From the NCBI RefSeq assembly GCF_001194135.2, contig NC_068987.1:65944278-65996987 (forward strand): a DNA stretch of 52,710 bases, given 5' to 3'. Shown one piece after another: positions 1-12,930 of the stretch. The DNA comes from Octopus bimaculoides. Taxonomy: Eukaryota. The position numbers and the translations under genes were made by a program. Below the pieces are notes generated by a model that searched no databases, was not told where the DNA came from, and saw nothing but the letters and a program-made list of their open reading frames with translations. The stretch's first letter is position 1. Each line of letters begins with the position of its first letter.

Positions 1-240
1 CAACGCTAGTTTTTGAAGAACTAGACGTAAATTTTATGTTGGACTTAAAGCCATAGTTTCTAGCAAAACAATCACAGAAATGCAAGAAGTCCATTAAACT
101 ATCCTGTGATCCTTCCCAGACAAAGAAAATACGTCTGGATCGACAGGTAATTCTTCATATGAAGTTTTGTCATTTAAAACTTCTTCACAAGTCGAAATAT
201 ACTCACTTTTGTCCATAATGACGATAGGTTCATTGACGAC

Positions 241-241
<1 letters not shown>

Positions 242-277
<36 letters not shown>

Positions 278-287
278 NNNNNNNNNN

Positions 288-334
<47 letters not shown>
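242..334. repeat. (TTA)n microsatellite with a 10-N gap
   Basis: Direct reading of the sequence. Confidence 0.97.
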
Positions 335-336
<2 letters not shown>

Positions 337-451
337 ACACGTACATGCAACGACACACGTACATACACAGACACACACACACATACGCAAATGGAGTGCG
401 GGAATAAAATTTGGTAGTCGCTTATAAAATATGGTTTCAAGCGAAAAATAT

Positions 452-810
452 GTTTACATGTCGTCTTCCCACCGGGACGTTTTGTCTAGTTCACAGTCAT
501 TCGCCGATGCATTATATATTGCTCTAAAATAATTTACTGTTATCTTCAAAAAAGAACATTTGCAACGAATGTAGAAATAGAATAAAATTCAATTATTTGG
601 AAATAGCAGTGCAAAACGTAGCAAATATGAAAAAAATAAATGCAACACTCAACAAAAAGAAATTAGATCAAATCCCGAAATAACACTAAATTATTGTAAA
701 ATTGGCAATAAAATACCATTTGCTGCGTGAAAGCATATATACAACGGAAATAAATGTGCAAGTAGTAAAACCATATTGGACCAGAGGTTAGATGAAACTG
801 TTATTTATAA
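452..810. repeat. Copy A of a diverged ~350-bp direct repeat (partner 3680-4020)
   Basis: GTTTACATGTCGTCTTCCCACCGGGAC (452-478) matches 3680-3706 at 25/27; TTGTAAAATTGG recurs at collinear spacing (694 and 3916). Confidence 0.75.
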
Positions 811-871
811 CCTTTGAATATAGAAGCAAAATAATACGTGGAATTCGTTTAGATTCCCTCCAACCTAATCT

Positions 872-940
872 CTCACATGGCTATGGTCGTTCCAGGGTGA
901 AAGTGGAAGACACCGTCTCAAGGTCCCGCGCGGTGGCACT
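872..940 (-). mobile_element. Partial tRNA-headed SINE (CORE-like body), inverted relative to its neighbour
   Basis: Reverse complement CCACCGCGCGGGACCTTGAGACGGTGTCTTCCACT aligns with the SINE body at 52585-52630 and 967-1000. Confidence 0.6.
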
Positions 941-941
941 A

Positions 942-1075
942 ACTCTTTTCACCACGTTGTTTCCGGTCTAGTCTCACTACGCGGCACCTTAGGTGTCTTC
1001 TACTGTACCACCGTGTTTCCAAAGTCATGTAAATGAACTTTTTGTTTGAAGGAAACTGAAAGAAGCCCGTCGTTT
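942..1075 (+). mobile_element. 5' half of an abundant tRNA-headed SINE
   Basis: CACTACGCGGCACCTTAGGTGTCTTCTACT...GGAAACTGAAAGAAGCCCGTCG matches the copies at 52533-52688 and (reverse) 42820-42955; runs into (TA)n(TG)n. Confidence 0.75.
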
Positions 1076-1205
<130 letters not shown>

Positions 1206-1334
1206 GTACATACCAGGTTCAGTAAAAAGTAAGCAACTTTTTGAACCCTGACGAATTTGTATCGGATTTTTGCAGTTTCAAATTTTTAAACATTTGTTTT
1301 TGCAATTGTCTGATAATACAGACGTTGACTTGCC

Positions 1335-2965
<1,631 letters not shown>

Positions 2966-3487
2966 NNNNNNNNNNNNNNNNNNNNNNNNNNNNNNNNNNN
3001 NNNNNNNNNNNNNNNNNNNNNNNNNNNNNNNNNNNNNNNNNNNNNNNNNNNNNNNNNNNNNNNNNNNNNNNNNNNNNNNNNNNNNNNNNNNNNNNNNNNN
3101 NNNNNNNNNNNNNNNNNNNNNNNNNNNNNNNNNNNNNNNNNNNNNNNNNNNNNNNNNNNNNNNNNNNNNNNNNNNNNNNNNNNNNNNNNNNNNNNNNNNN
3201 NNNNNNNNNNNNNNNNNNNNNNNNNNNNNNNNNNNNNNNNNNNNNNNNNNNNNNNNNNNNNNNNNNNNNNNNNNNNNNNNNNNNNNNNNNNNNNNNNNNN
3301 NNNNNNNNNNNNNNNNNNNNNNNNNNNNNNNNNNNNNNNNNNNNNNNNNNNNNNNNNNNNNNNNNNNNNNNNNNNNNNNNNNNNNNNNNNNNNNNNNNNN
3401 NNNNNNNNNNNNNNNNNNNNNNNNNNNNNNNNNNNNNNNNNNNNNNNNNNNNNNNNNNNNNNNNNNNNNNNNNNNNNNNNNNNNNNN

Positions 3488-3533
<46 letters not shown>

Positions 3534-3679
3534 TGGTACTTATATATATAAAAAATCTTGCAAAACAAATACATAAAAAATCTTGCAAAACAAATATATA
3601 TATATGGCTGGATATAAAATAAAGAAACGAAGATAACAGCTTACGGAATATGATAAATTCAAAGGAATAATTTCAAAGT

Positions 3680-4020
3680 GTTTACATGTAGTCTCCCCAC
3701 CGGGACATCATGGCTAGTTTATGGACATTCCCCGATACATTACAAGTTGCCCTAAAAATATTTACTTCTATCTTCAAACAGAATAGTTCTACAGAGAGTC
3801 GAAATATAATAAAATTTAATTATTCAGAAATATCTGTGAAAAATGAAATAAATTCGGTTGAATGAAACGCTCAACGGAGACAAATTGGATAATACTACCA
3901 AATAAATATAAATTCTTGTAAAATTGGAAGAGCAATATAATTTCTAGTGCAAAACATGAATAAAATATATATACACATGACCGAAACATATCAGACTGGA
4001 TTGGTAATGAAGCAATAATA
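3680..4020. repeat. Copy B of the diverged direct repeat (partner 452-810)
   Basis: Collinear similarity blocks as described for copy A. Confidence 0.75.
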
Positions 4021-4114
4021 ATTGTTTCATTGTAAAAAGTAAATGTGTATAGGAAATGACTTCTATAAAAGACACCATGGGAAGTTTCATGTATTGGTTT
4101 CAAATATTGACAAA

Positions 4115-4305
4115 AGACCAGAAATTTCGCGGGTGTATGTAAGTCAATTACATCGACCCCAGTGTTGAACTGGTACTTATTTTAGCAACCCTCGAAGGGT
4201 CAAAGGCAATGTCGACCACAGGGGGATTTGAACGCTTAAAGTAGACGGACGAAATGCCGGCAAGTATTTTGCTCACCGTGCTAACGATTTTGCCAGTTTA
4301 TCGTC
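4115..4305 (-). mobile_element. SINE of the GTCGACTTTGCCTTTCATCC family (possibly Nin-domain type), diverged
   Basis: Reverse complement of the family seen at 18058-18310: ATCGACCCCAGT..AACTGGTACTTATTTT..CGTGCTAACGATT. Confidence 0.8.
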
Positions 4306-4344
4306 GTTAGGGAAGTTCCATATATTGATAAATTTCACGTATAA

Positions 4345-4477
4345 GAGTTCTACACGCACACCCATGCACATACACGCGCGTACACACACATCACATGCAC
4401 GAACACACAAACATACACATACAAACACACTCACACAAACACAATCACACACACACTCACACACACACACACACACA

Positions 4478-4526
<49 letters not shown>

Positions 4527-4530
4527 AGAG
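4345..4530. repeat. Compound (CA)n(CT)n(CA)n microsatellite
   Basis: Direct reading. Confidence 0.9.
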
Positions 4531-4751
4531 GAATTCAGCAATATTTGTAAATCCATGTGTGTGAGTACCTGTATGTATGTTTATATATATCTATACATGT
4601 ATTTACACATATGTACATAAATAATTGTATAAATTACGTACATTAGTATGTATATTGGTATATAGATATACCCATTATGTATATACATTTAGTACATACA
4701 TTCATATATAAATATATACATTTCTCTTTATATACATTCCTATATATATGT

Positions 4752-4786
<35 letters not shown>

Positions 4787-5029
4787 TATATGATTATACA
4801 TGGAGAGATCGACTGATATATATCAATTTATTGACATAATGTCGAATTCAGATTACCTACAACTGTGTCTATAGTCAATTCATTCAGATTACAAATAATA
4901 ACTTAAGGATGCATTTTGAATATAGTAAGTTGAATATTTCATCAGAGTGAGAAATCGACACAAAAAGAATCATTTCATAATCGATGGAATAATCATTGGT
5001 AGACAAATTGGAGGCAATCCATTCATCTA

Positions 5030-5200
5030 CCCGTTTTCCCTGTGGTATGTTGGATTACCGGAGACTGCCCCGACAATACCAGCAAGTTTTACCGAAGTGA
5101 AGTTATGTGCTCAAGGTCAAAATGCATAGTGCGGTCCCGTATTCGAAACCACGATCTTGTAATCGTGAGTGTAAAATTCTAGCCATTAGGCCATACGCCT
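5030..5200 (-). mobile_element. Diverged tRNA-headed SINE (CORE-like)
   Basis: Reverse complement begins GAAGGCGTATGGCCTAATGG (A-box-like) and contains GGTTTCGAATAC (B-box-like), then GACCTTGAGCACATAACTTCACTTC. Confidence 0.65.
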
Positions 5201-6061
5201 TCGTGTTTGTACATACTCATCTATCCGTGTATGTATGTATATATATATATATATANNNNNNNNNNNNNNNNNNNNNNNNNNNNNNNNNNNNNNNNNNNNN
5301 NNNNNNNNNNNNNNNNNNNNNNNNNNNNNNNNNNNNNNNNNNNNNNNNNNNNNNNNNNNNNNNNNNNNNNNNNNNNNNNNNNNNNNNNNNNNNNNNNNNN
5401 NNNNNNNNNNNNNNNNNNNNNNNNNNNNNNNNNNNNNNNNNNNNNNNNNNNNNNNNNNNNNNNNNNNNNNNNNNNNNNNNNNNNNNNNNNNNNNNNNNNN
5501 NNNNNNNNNNNNNNNNNNNNNNNNNNNNNNNNNNNNNNNNNNNNNNNNNNNNNNNNNNNNNNNNNNNNNNNNNNNNNNNNNNNNNNNNNNNNNNNNNNNN
5601 NNNNNNNNNNNNNNNNNNNNNNNNNNNNNNNNNNNNNNNNNNNNNNNNNNNNNNNNNNNNNNNNNNNNNNNNNNNNNNNNNNNNNNNNNNNNNNNNNNNN
5701 NNNNNNNNNNNNNNNNNNNNNNNNNNNNNNNNNNNNNNNNNNNNNNNNNNNNNNNNNNNNNNNNNNNNNNNNNNNNNNNNNNNNNNNNNNNNNNNNNNNN
5801 NNNNNNNNNNNNNNNNNNNNNNNNNNNNNNNNNNNNNNNNNNNNNNNNNNNNNNNNNNNNNNNNNNNNNNNNNNNNNNNNNNNNNNNNNNNNNNNNNNNN
5901 NNNNNNNNNNNNNNNNNNNNNNNNNNNNNNNNNNNNNNNNNNNNNNNNNNNNNNNNNNNNNNNNNNNNNNNNNNNNNNNNNNNNNNNNNNNNNNNNNNNN
6001 NNNNNNNNNNNNNNNNNNNNNNNNNNNNNNNNNNNNNNNNNNNNNNNNNNNNNNNNNNNNN

Positions 6062-6100
<39 letters not shown>

Positions 6101-6324
6101 AAGTATCGGTGTTTAGCTCACAGGTGATCTAAATGATTAGGTGCGCTAGGTAAATGCTGTAACGGATTACTAGGGCTCCAAGGTTATAGACGAGATGGTA
6201 GATATGGAGTGATTGCAGATTTCCGATGCAGCGGATATATAATTGTTAAAGAGGACAACAAACATTAAGGCAAAGCAAACATCTCAAGTCGTATGCAATA
6301 CTATTATTGAAAAAAAGATTCAGA

Positions 6325-6380
6325 TTCTTACAGCTGTTTGTGGGACATCCCTGAGTATGGGATATTCCGTCATCAGAGTC
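6325..6380 (-). ncRNA. Degenerate minimal type I hammerhead ribozyme (probably inactive)
   Basis: Minus strand: CTGATGA-cggaATATCCC atactca GGGATGTccca-CAAA-CAGCTG-TA; core GAAA reads CAAA; palindromic stem III ACAGCTGT. Confidence 0.6.
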
Positions 6381-7132
6381 AAATAAGGAAATATAGGGAA
6401 AATAAGAACTGTATATATTAATGAGATGATGACATAGAGGAAGGTAGTAAAAGAATAAGGAGACGGAATGAAAGAAGAAAAGCGAAGAATAAAAGTTCAT
6501 TGTTCAATTTCCGAAGCTATAGAAGTAAGAGCATGAGTCCTTAGGTGAAATCCTGCGTAGATCCACGACCATTAATCCTTAGGTGCAAACCCGCGGAGAT
6601 CCATGTTGGTTAAAATTTTGATATAGTAGACATCTAGAGAAGAGACGCTAACATATCAGAATCATAGGGGAGGCGGCTTTTATGTGGTAAGAGGAAAGAA
6701 TAGAAAATACATAGAAAGAGTGGTAAATGGAGTAATGGGGGTGGATTTTAAGGATTGGCTATAGGATAAAGTATGTTGTATAGGTGTATGGTGTCTAAGA
6801 ATTGTGTACGGGGTAGCCAAGAAGATAAGAGAGAGGATGAGAAAGTAGAAGAAGATAAGATACAGTGTCTGTGTCTTAAAGTCTAAAATGGTTGGGGAGG
6901 AAATCTAGTAGTCACTGCTTGTGTCCGTTCTGGCTAAGGTCAGTGGCTGTAGAGTTATGTTTAACAGTAGAGTTATGGGTATGTAGGTAGTCAAGAAAGG
7001 AAGAACTAGTTGAGTGCTAAATTATGCATGAGTGGGAGTCGAGAGTTAGGGGATTTATATTCGGTGATTTATTGGGTTAAGGTTTAAAAATAGGTGCGAT
7101 GAGGTAAGGTAGATAGAAGAGGCGTAAGATAT

Positions 7133-7474
7133 TGAGACCCCCTTCGATCATGAATGACCATGGGATTACACCTAGAAAGTTAACCTCCGAGGCTTAAGTC
7201 CGGGCAAAGTGGTTTATAGAAGGCCAGCAGTCGCCCATGCATACCAGCCTCCCCTCTCCACGCCACTGATGTTATCCAAGGGAAAGGCAAAAGCCAAGAC
7301 AGTTTGGAACCAGTGTTGTCGCAACTCATTTCTGCAGCTGAGTGAACTGGAACAACGTGAAATAAAGTGTCTTGCTCAAGAACACAACACGCAGCCCGGT
7401 CCGGGAATCGAACTCACAACCCCACGATCGTAAGCTCGACTACGCCCTAACCATTGAGTCATGCACCTTCACTT
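7133..7474 (-). mobile_element. Full-length tRNA-headed CORE-like SINE inserted in the PLE
   Basis: 9-bp TSD GTAAGATAT at 7124-7132 and 7475-7483; A-box ATGACTCAATGG, B-box GAGTTCGATTCC; body GTTGTGTTCTTGAGCAAGACACTTTATTTCAC. Confidence 0.9.
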
Positions 7475-7589
7475 GTAAGATATAAGGTAGAAATAACAGT
7501 TAGAGAGATATAGAAGGGGCATGTGTCAATGATCATAGGGGTTTGTATGTGTGTGCTATTCGTGGTGGTGGTGGTGGGGGGGTTACATT

Positions 7590-8000
7590 TAGATTTATGA
7601 AAGAATTTAAGAGTGTGGAAGAATTTGTGCTTACACGCCTCGTTGTATTTATCAAGCAATTGTGGTGAGTTGTGAGTTAAAAGTTTGAGAGCTTCTTTTA
7701 AGCAGAGTCCACAAGTGGAGTGTTGGCCCTGAGTCTATTATAGCCCGGGAGAGTTTATACTATATTTTCTATTTATTAGATGGTGTACGTGGCTGGCTAG
7801 TGATTCGGATTTGCTATTCTCCTTATATTTAAGCGAGATTAAATGTGCATAATACATTTATTTAAAAATCGGTGCTAGATCCAATGTAGTAGCTACAGGA
7901 GTTATTTACCATGTTGTGAACTGTGCATCGTATACAACGTTGAATCTTCAGCATTGGCCTTGCAGTAGGCAATCTGTCCCGGATATGCAGTTGCAGTTAT
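7590..8000 (-). pseudogene. GIY-YIG endonuclease domain remnant of the Penelope-like element
   Basis: NCNCISGTDCLLQGQC*RFNVVY, YYIGSSTDF* (YIG at 7880-7888), SLASHVHHL, CGLCLKEALKLL..LLDKYNEACKHK; stops and frameshifts. Confidence 0.8.
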
Positions 8001-8123
8001 CAGTTCTATGATTGTTAATTGGAGAGAGAGATGAGGTAGTGCTGATAGTGGCTAAGATTGTATTAGGTGAATCGATCGTGATATTGCTGTTGTTTCTAGT
8101 GTCGATATCAACGCTAGCGTTAC

Positions 8124-8165
<42 letters not shown>

Positions 8166-8742
8166 CATTATCGACGCCGCTGTTGTAATTATTATTACCA
8201 TTACTAGTAGTATTAGTATTGGTGGTATTACTAGTAACAGTAGTAGTAGCAGCAGCAGTAGTTGCCGCAGCAGCAGCAGCGCCAATAGTAGTATCATTGG
8301 TAGCAGTATTAGTATTAGCAGTGGTAGAGAAGGTGGTATTGGTGATGTTATTATTGCGGCTAACAATAGTTCCGTTTGTGGTAGGAGTTTTAATAATAGT
8401 ACTGTTTTCAGTAAAGGAAATATTGATGTTGGTGTTAGGATTACTATTACCGCTAGTACTATTAGTAGAGGTATATGTATTTTTAGTTGTAGTGGTTATG
8501 ATATAATTAGTATTGTTAGTATCAATGTGCGGAACAGTGCTTGCGTCGGTTTCAGGTATGCGCCCTTTACCCTCAGAAGTGGGGATTATATTATGTATTC
8601 TTAAGTTGTTTAAAGTGGTCGAGCCAGGGGTATTAGATATATCGTTGTTAGTATTTTCACTGTGTAGACAACTGGTATACAACATTACTCGCAGATAACT
8701 CACGAAATGGAAATTAAGTGATTCGCACGCTCCAAACCGCAA
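7948..8742 (-). pseudogene. 264-codon Asn/Thr/Ala-rich ORF continuing in frame into the Cys-rich start of the GIY-YIG domain
   Basis: ORF track; built from cryptic AAT/ACT/GCT triplet repeats; ends in NCNC..CLLQGQC*. Confidence 0.6.
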
Positions 8743-9181
8743 GAGTTACTAACAGTTTCACATACCACACGAGAGTTACTCTATATCCCAAAATACGACG
8801 ACAGTGTTAGTGGTGGATCACGTAACCACAGCATTTATGACGGAGAGTGATGACTGTTAACATTTGCTACGTCAAACAAACTTGGAGCCACTGTCTTTGG
8901 TCTAAAGTATTCATAATAAGCTGCCATTAATCGACCTGAAACGTTTCGAATTGTTTAAAACGTGATTGAATGGAAAAATGATACCGAGGCCTATTTTGAG
9001 AACAGCGCAAGAAAGAAGACGTCTATACGCATACATACACATGGCCGATGGCCGCAGCCTCAAGGCTGAAATATATAAAAGAATACACATAAACACAGAA
9101 ACGCGCAAACCTGTTTATATGTACGTATATGTGTATATATTTATGTGTACATGAATAAACAGCTCTCGATATATACGTATA

Positions 9182-9216
<35 letters not shown>

Positions 9217-9967
9217 NNNNNNNNNNNNNNNNNNNNNNNNNNNNNNNNNNNNNNNNNNNNNNNNNNNNNNNNNNNNNNNNNNNNNNNNNNNNNNNNNNNN
9301 NNNNNNNNNNNNNNNNNNNNNNNNNNNNNNNNNNNNNNNNNNNNNNNNNNNNNNNNNNNNNNNNNNNNNNNNNNNNNNNNNNNNNNNNNNNNNNNNNNNN
9401 NNNNNNNNNNNNNNNNNNNNNNNNNNNNNNNNNNNNNNNNNNNNNNNNNNNNNNNNNNNNNNNNNNNNNNNNNNNNNNNNNNNNNNNNNNNNNNNNNNNN
9501 NNNNNNNNNNNNNNNNNNNNNNNNNNNNNNNNNNNNNNNNNNNNNNNNNNNNNNNNNNNNNNNNNNNNNNNNNNNNNNNNNNNNNNNNNNNNNNNNNNNN
9601 NNNNNNNNNNNNNNNNNNNNNNNNNNNNNNNNNNNNNNNNNNNNNNNNNNNNNNNNNNNNNNNNNNNNNNNNNNNNNNNNNNNNNNNNNNNNNNNNNNNN
9701 NNNNNNNNNNNNNNNNNNNNNNNNNNNNNNNNNNNNNNNNNNNNNNNNNNNNNNNNNNNNNNNNNNNNNNNNNNNNNNNNNNNNNNNNNNNNNNNNNNNN
9801 NNNNNNNNNNNNNNNNNNNNNNNNNNNNNNNNNNNNNNNNNNNNNNNNNNNNNNNNNNNNNNNNNNNNNNNNNNNNNNNNNNNNNNNNNNNNNNNNNNNN
9901 NNNNNNNNNNNNNNNNNNNNNNNNNNNNNNNNNNNNNNNNNNNNNNNNNNNNNNNNNNNNNNNNNNN

Positions 9968-10023
<56 letters not shown>

Positions 10024-10159
10024 CAGACAGACAGACAGAGAGTAACAGTGAGAAAGAGAACGTGAGAGATCGCAAACATGAATGATACACAATATACCCA
10101 TATATACACATAAGGAAGCGAAAAGTCAAAATGCTGATTTTGACTTTTATCATACATAT

Positions 10160-10208
10160 ACATACAAGGAAATGCATTCATGCCCGCTCGGCCGACTACC
10201 GCCATCTT
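10160..10208 (-). promoter_or_regulatory. YY1-type motif AAGATGGCGG overlapping an ATG, followed 40 nt later by a GTATGT donor-like site (candidate first exon)
   Basis: Minus strand AAG ATG GCG GTA GTC GGC CGA GCG GGC ATG AAT GCA TTT CCT T/GTATGT in a small CpG-rich patch. Confidence 0.25.
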
Positions 10209-10689
10209 AAGCATAGAAAAAACCAAAGAACTAAAGTCCATATGATTAGAAACTGTTATGTAAAATGAATAGGTGGACACGGGATTATAAAAGCAATAAA
10301 GAAACAAAGAACGAAATTATTTTTCTGACACTTGACGTATATTGTTTTGTACATTGTCTCTTGTCTAGAAAGAAACTACGAGCAAATCTTTTAAAATTCT
10401 CGTCAAAATTATCTAGTTGCTATCATAATGTCAATGAAGAAGCTTCAATAGAATGCAGTGCAAGTATTAAGTTGACATTTTATATATACTTTACGGATTA
10501 AGAACTTTTGCAAAATTCTCTATTATCGGCAAGGCAGTAAAAGAACAACAATTTTATAGATAAAAGTCATAGCAATGTTATTTTCAACTACAGTTCTTTA
10601 ATAAATAAAAAACAACCAAATTGGAAACGTGCTTTCTTTGGTCAATAAATTCATTAGAGTAGTTAGTAAACACATGACGATAAACAATA

Positions 10690-11420
10690 CATGAAAACAA
10701 AATTTAGACAATATGTATTATGTATGTATGGTCCCAGATATCTTGATTCATTTGAAGTGCATGATTTAAGGATTCATAATTTGCTCCAGACAGGTCGGTA
10801 TATATCGTGTTGCTCCAATAACATTAGGTATGAAGATGAAGATGCATCTTCAGTACTAGATTTGCAACCTCCTTATGAATGGTCCATAGATGTCCTCTTT
10901 CTTTTGTATTTTTCTAACCACATTGGTGTCCAGAGGTAGCTAATTTCCACAACAGAGCATATCGTCTCCTTGTGCACTCTCACAACAATATCTGGCTGGT
11001 TGTAGTTTAACTTGGTGGCTGTTTCTTTTCTTTTCTCTAACCCTGTTCCAGTTTTTTGTTAGCCACAGCATCATGCGTGGGAAGATAATATCTGGAAGAC
11101 ATTCTCTGGCAGTTGGCAATACTATGGTCGACGTCTTCAGCCTTGCTCTTCCACAGCTTATATTTGTGGTCTATCAATAATTTTCGGCCAGTTATGCTAT
11201 AGGTATTTGGTGGGGATCACTTGTTTTTTTAATTGCACGGAGGTGGCCTTCGAAGCGGGATGCAATAAACTTGTTGGTAATGTCAAACTTTTGGCATGAT
11301 CAATCCCATCTATGGTTTGTGCCATTAATAGGTCCATTTCTTTTACATTCTTCTGACAACTAAATTTTACAAATGCTCCTTGCGGAGAGATCTGTATCAT
11401 CTCTTTTCTTTTCATACCTT
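10690..11420 (-). mobile_element. Decayed C-terminal CCHC and restriction-like endonuclease region of an R4-type non-LTR retrotransposon
   Basis: KLWKSKAEDVDHSIANCQRMSSRYYLPTHDAVA (decayed zinc knuckle plus RHD-like motif); KEDIYGPFIRRLQI*Y..FIFIPNVIGATRYIP. Confidence 0.8.
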
Positions 11421-11635
11421 CTCAAGTTTCTGAGCTATCCTAATCATGTTGTTGATTTCATGGTCACAAACATCAGAAAGTTAGTTATTGGTCTAGGCGT
11501 TACAATTAATAATTTATGTGTAGGTACTGGTAAGTCGTAAATGTATGAAGAATAAATGTAATCTATTTTCAATAAAAATACGCTTGTTAACAGTTTCCTT
11601 TTTAGCACACTTACCTTACATGTACATGCGCCAAT

Positions 11636-11652
11636 ATCTATCTATCTATCTG

Positions 11653-11713
<61 letters not shown>

Positions 11714-11745
11714 GTGTCTGTCTGTCTGTCTGTCTATTCATTGAC
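11636..11745. repeat. (ATCT)n(GTCT)n tetranucleotide repeat
   Basis: Direct reading. Confidence 0.95.
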
Positions 11746-11792
11746 ATACACGTGCATTCATAATAATAGAAAAAACTTGGATNNNNNNNNNN

Positions 11793-11834
<42 letters not shown>

Positions 11835-12930
11835 GAAGTGTCTCTAGAAGGAATTTTCATAAGATTATCATCATATCTATTAATTGAATTCATCATCTGT
11901 CTATCTATATTATAAAATTATGAAATTAGTCGCGTATACATTTAATACTTGTACTCTCCAGCCGTCCGAATAGTTATGTTGAAATCAATCAATAAAGTAG
12001 ACGCAATTAACATAATGACTATCCATTTGATTATTACTAAACAAGCTATTGACGTCATTCAGAATGTTTCTAAGAGTTAAGTGGTCTTTATTAAATAAAC
12101 ATAAACAAAAAAAGAATAACAAAGAAAAGGAAAGATAGAAAGAATGAAAGAGGGATAGAAAATTTTCATCGTATAGCTTCAACATCAATATTGGTGAATT
12201 TTGATGCCGGTAAAGTTGTTATTAATTTTTAATGTCCTCTATTGATGCGATTGGCTTTTCTTCATGATTAAAGACAGAGATAATTTGAGCGAAAACACTA
12301 TAATATGTTATATAACAAAGTCTAAGGATTTTCATTTATTAATTCATATTTAATTTGTTATATTTAATTATATTCGCTTCTAGTCGGCCGGCGAATGCGG
12401 ACGTCATTGAATTCCATTCAAAATAAAAAAGAAAAAAAAAGCAAGCCATCTCCTTCGCCGTGTCTCTTTATATATATATGTGTTTGTTTTTCTGTATTTT
12501 TTGCTTCATAGTGCACGCGGTAGATTGAAATAAGGTAGGATAAAATTAAAGAGCTTATTCTGAGTATAATGTGGAAGTGCAATAATGAACGCACAGATTT
12601 AGACAAAAATCTGAACCAACAATATCTTACGTCATTGGTATATTAATCGGCTTGAGAGTAAAATTCTTTCAAATATTTTCTAAGCTATTTGTAAACTTAC
12701 TCACTTACATAATACCTATTTAATCATTGCATTGATTTTAACAATAGTTCATAATGCAGTATTCAGAAGTTTATGAACGTGTTTGAATATAGTTTGGGTT
12801 TGTTTAGGGGCTGTTCGGTGCGAAATCAGAGATGATCATTATTTTAACATGAACATTGTAAGTCTAGTCTCGGAATTTATTCTCGAGAACCTAAATGTGG
12901 TCCCAGAAATATTGGTTTCAAATTTTGGTA

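Larger units (their letters stand above)
6150..8950 (-). mobile_element. Decayed Penelope-like retroelement (PLE)
   Basis: GIY-YIG remnant at 7590-8000, upstream low-complexity ORF, and a hammerhead-like terminal motif at 6325-6380, all on the minus strand; outer boundaries approximate. Confidence 0.7.

Noticed and set aside
1210-1330. Mariner-TIR-like start TACCAGGTTCAGTAAAAAGTAAGCAAC next to the R4 fragment
   Set aside because: No partner TIR or transposase sequence found; noted only as the likely cause of the truncation
3551-3600. Small tandem duplications here and at about 28010-28052, 32945-32985 and 49863-49945
   Set aside because: Two-unit local duplications of 20-50 bp; no spacer-repeat array, so not CRISPR-like
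6600-7130. Faint resemblance to PLE RT thumb motifs (FLD, KDTD..SYL..SHP, SYSQ)
   Set aside because: It lies downstream of the endonuclease, the sequence is compositionally biased and the matches are too short; left as element 3' region
8219-8698. Hydrophobic plus-strand ORFs (VVLLV..) that look like membrane proteins
   Set aside because: Antisense reading of the N/T/A triplet-repeat tract
10187-12390. CGGCCGACTA 10-mer on the plus strand near 10189 and the minus strand near 12381
   Set aside because: Similarity does not extend beyond the 10-mer; likely chance
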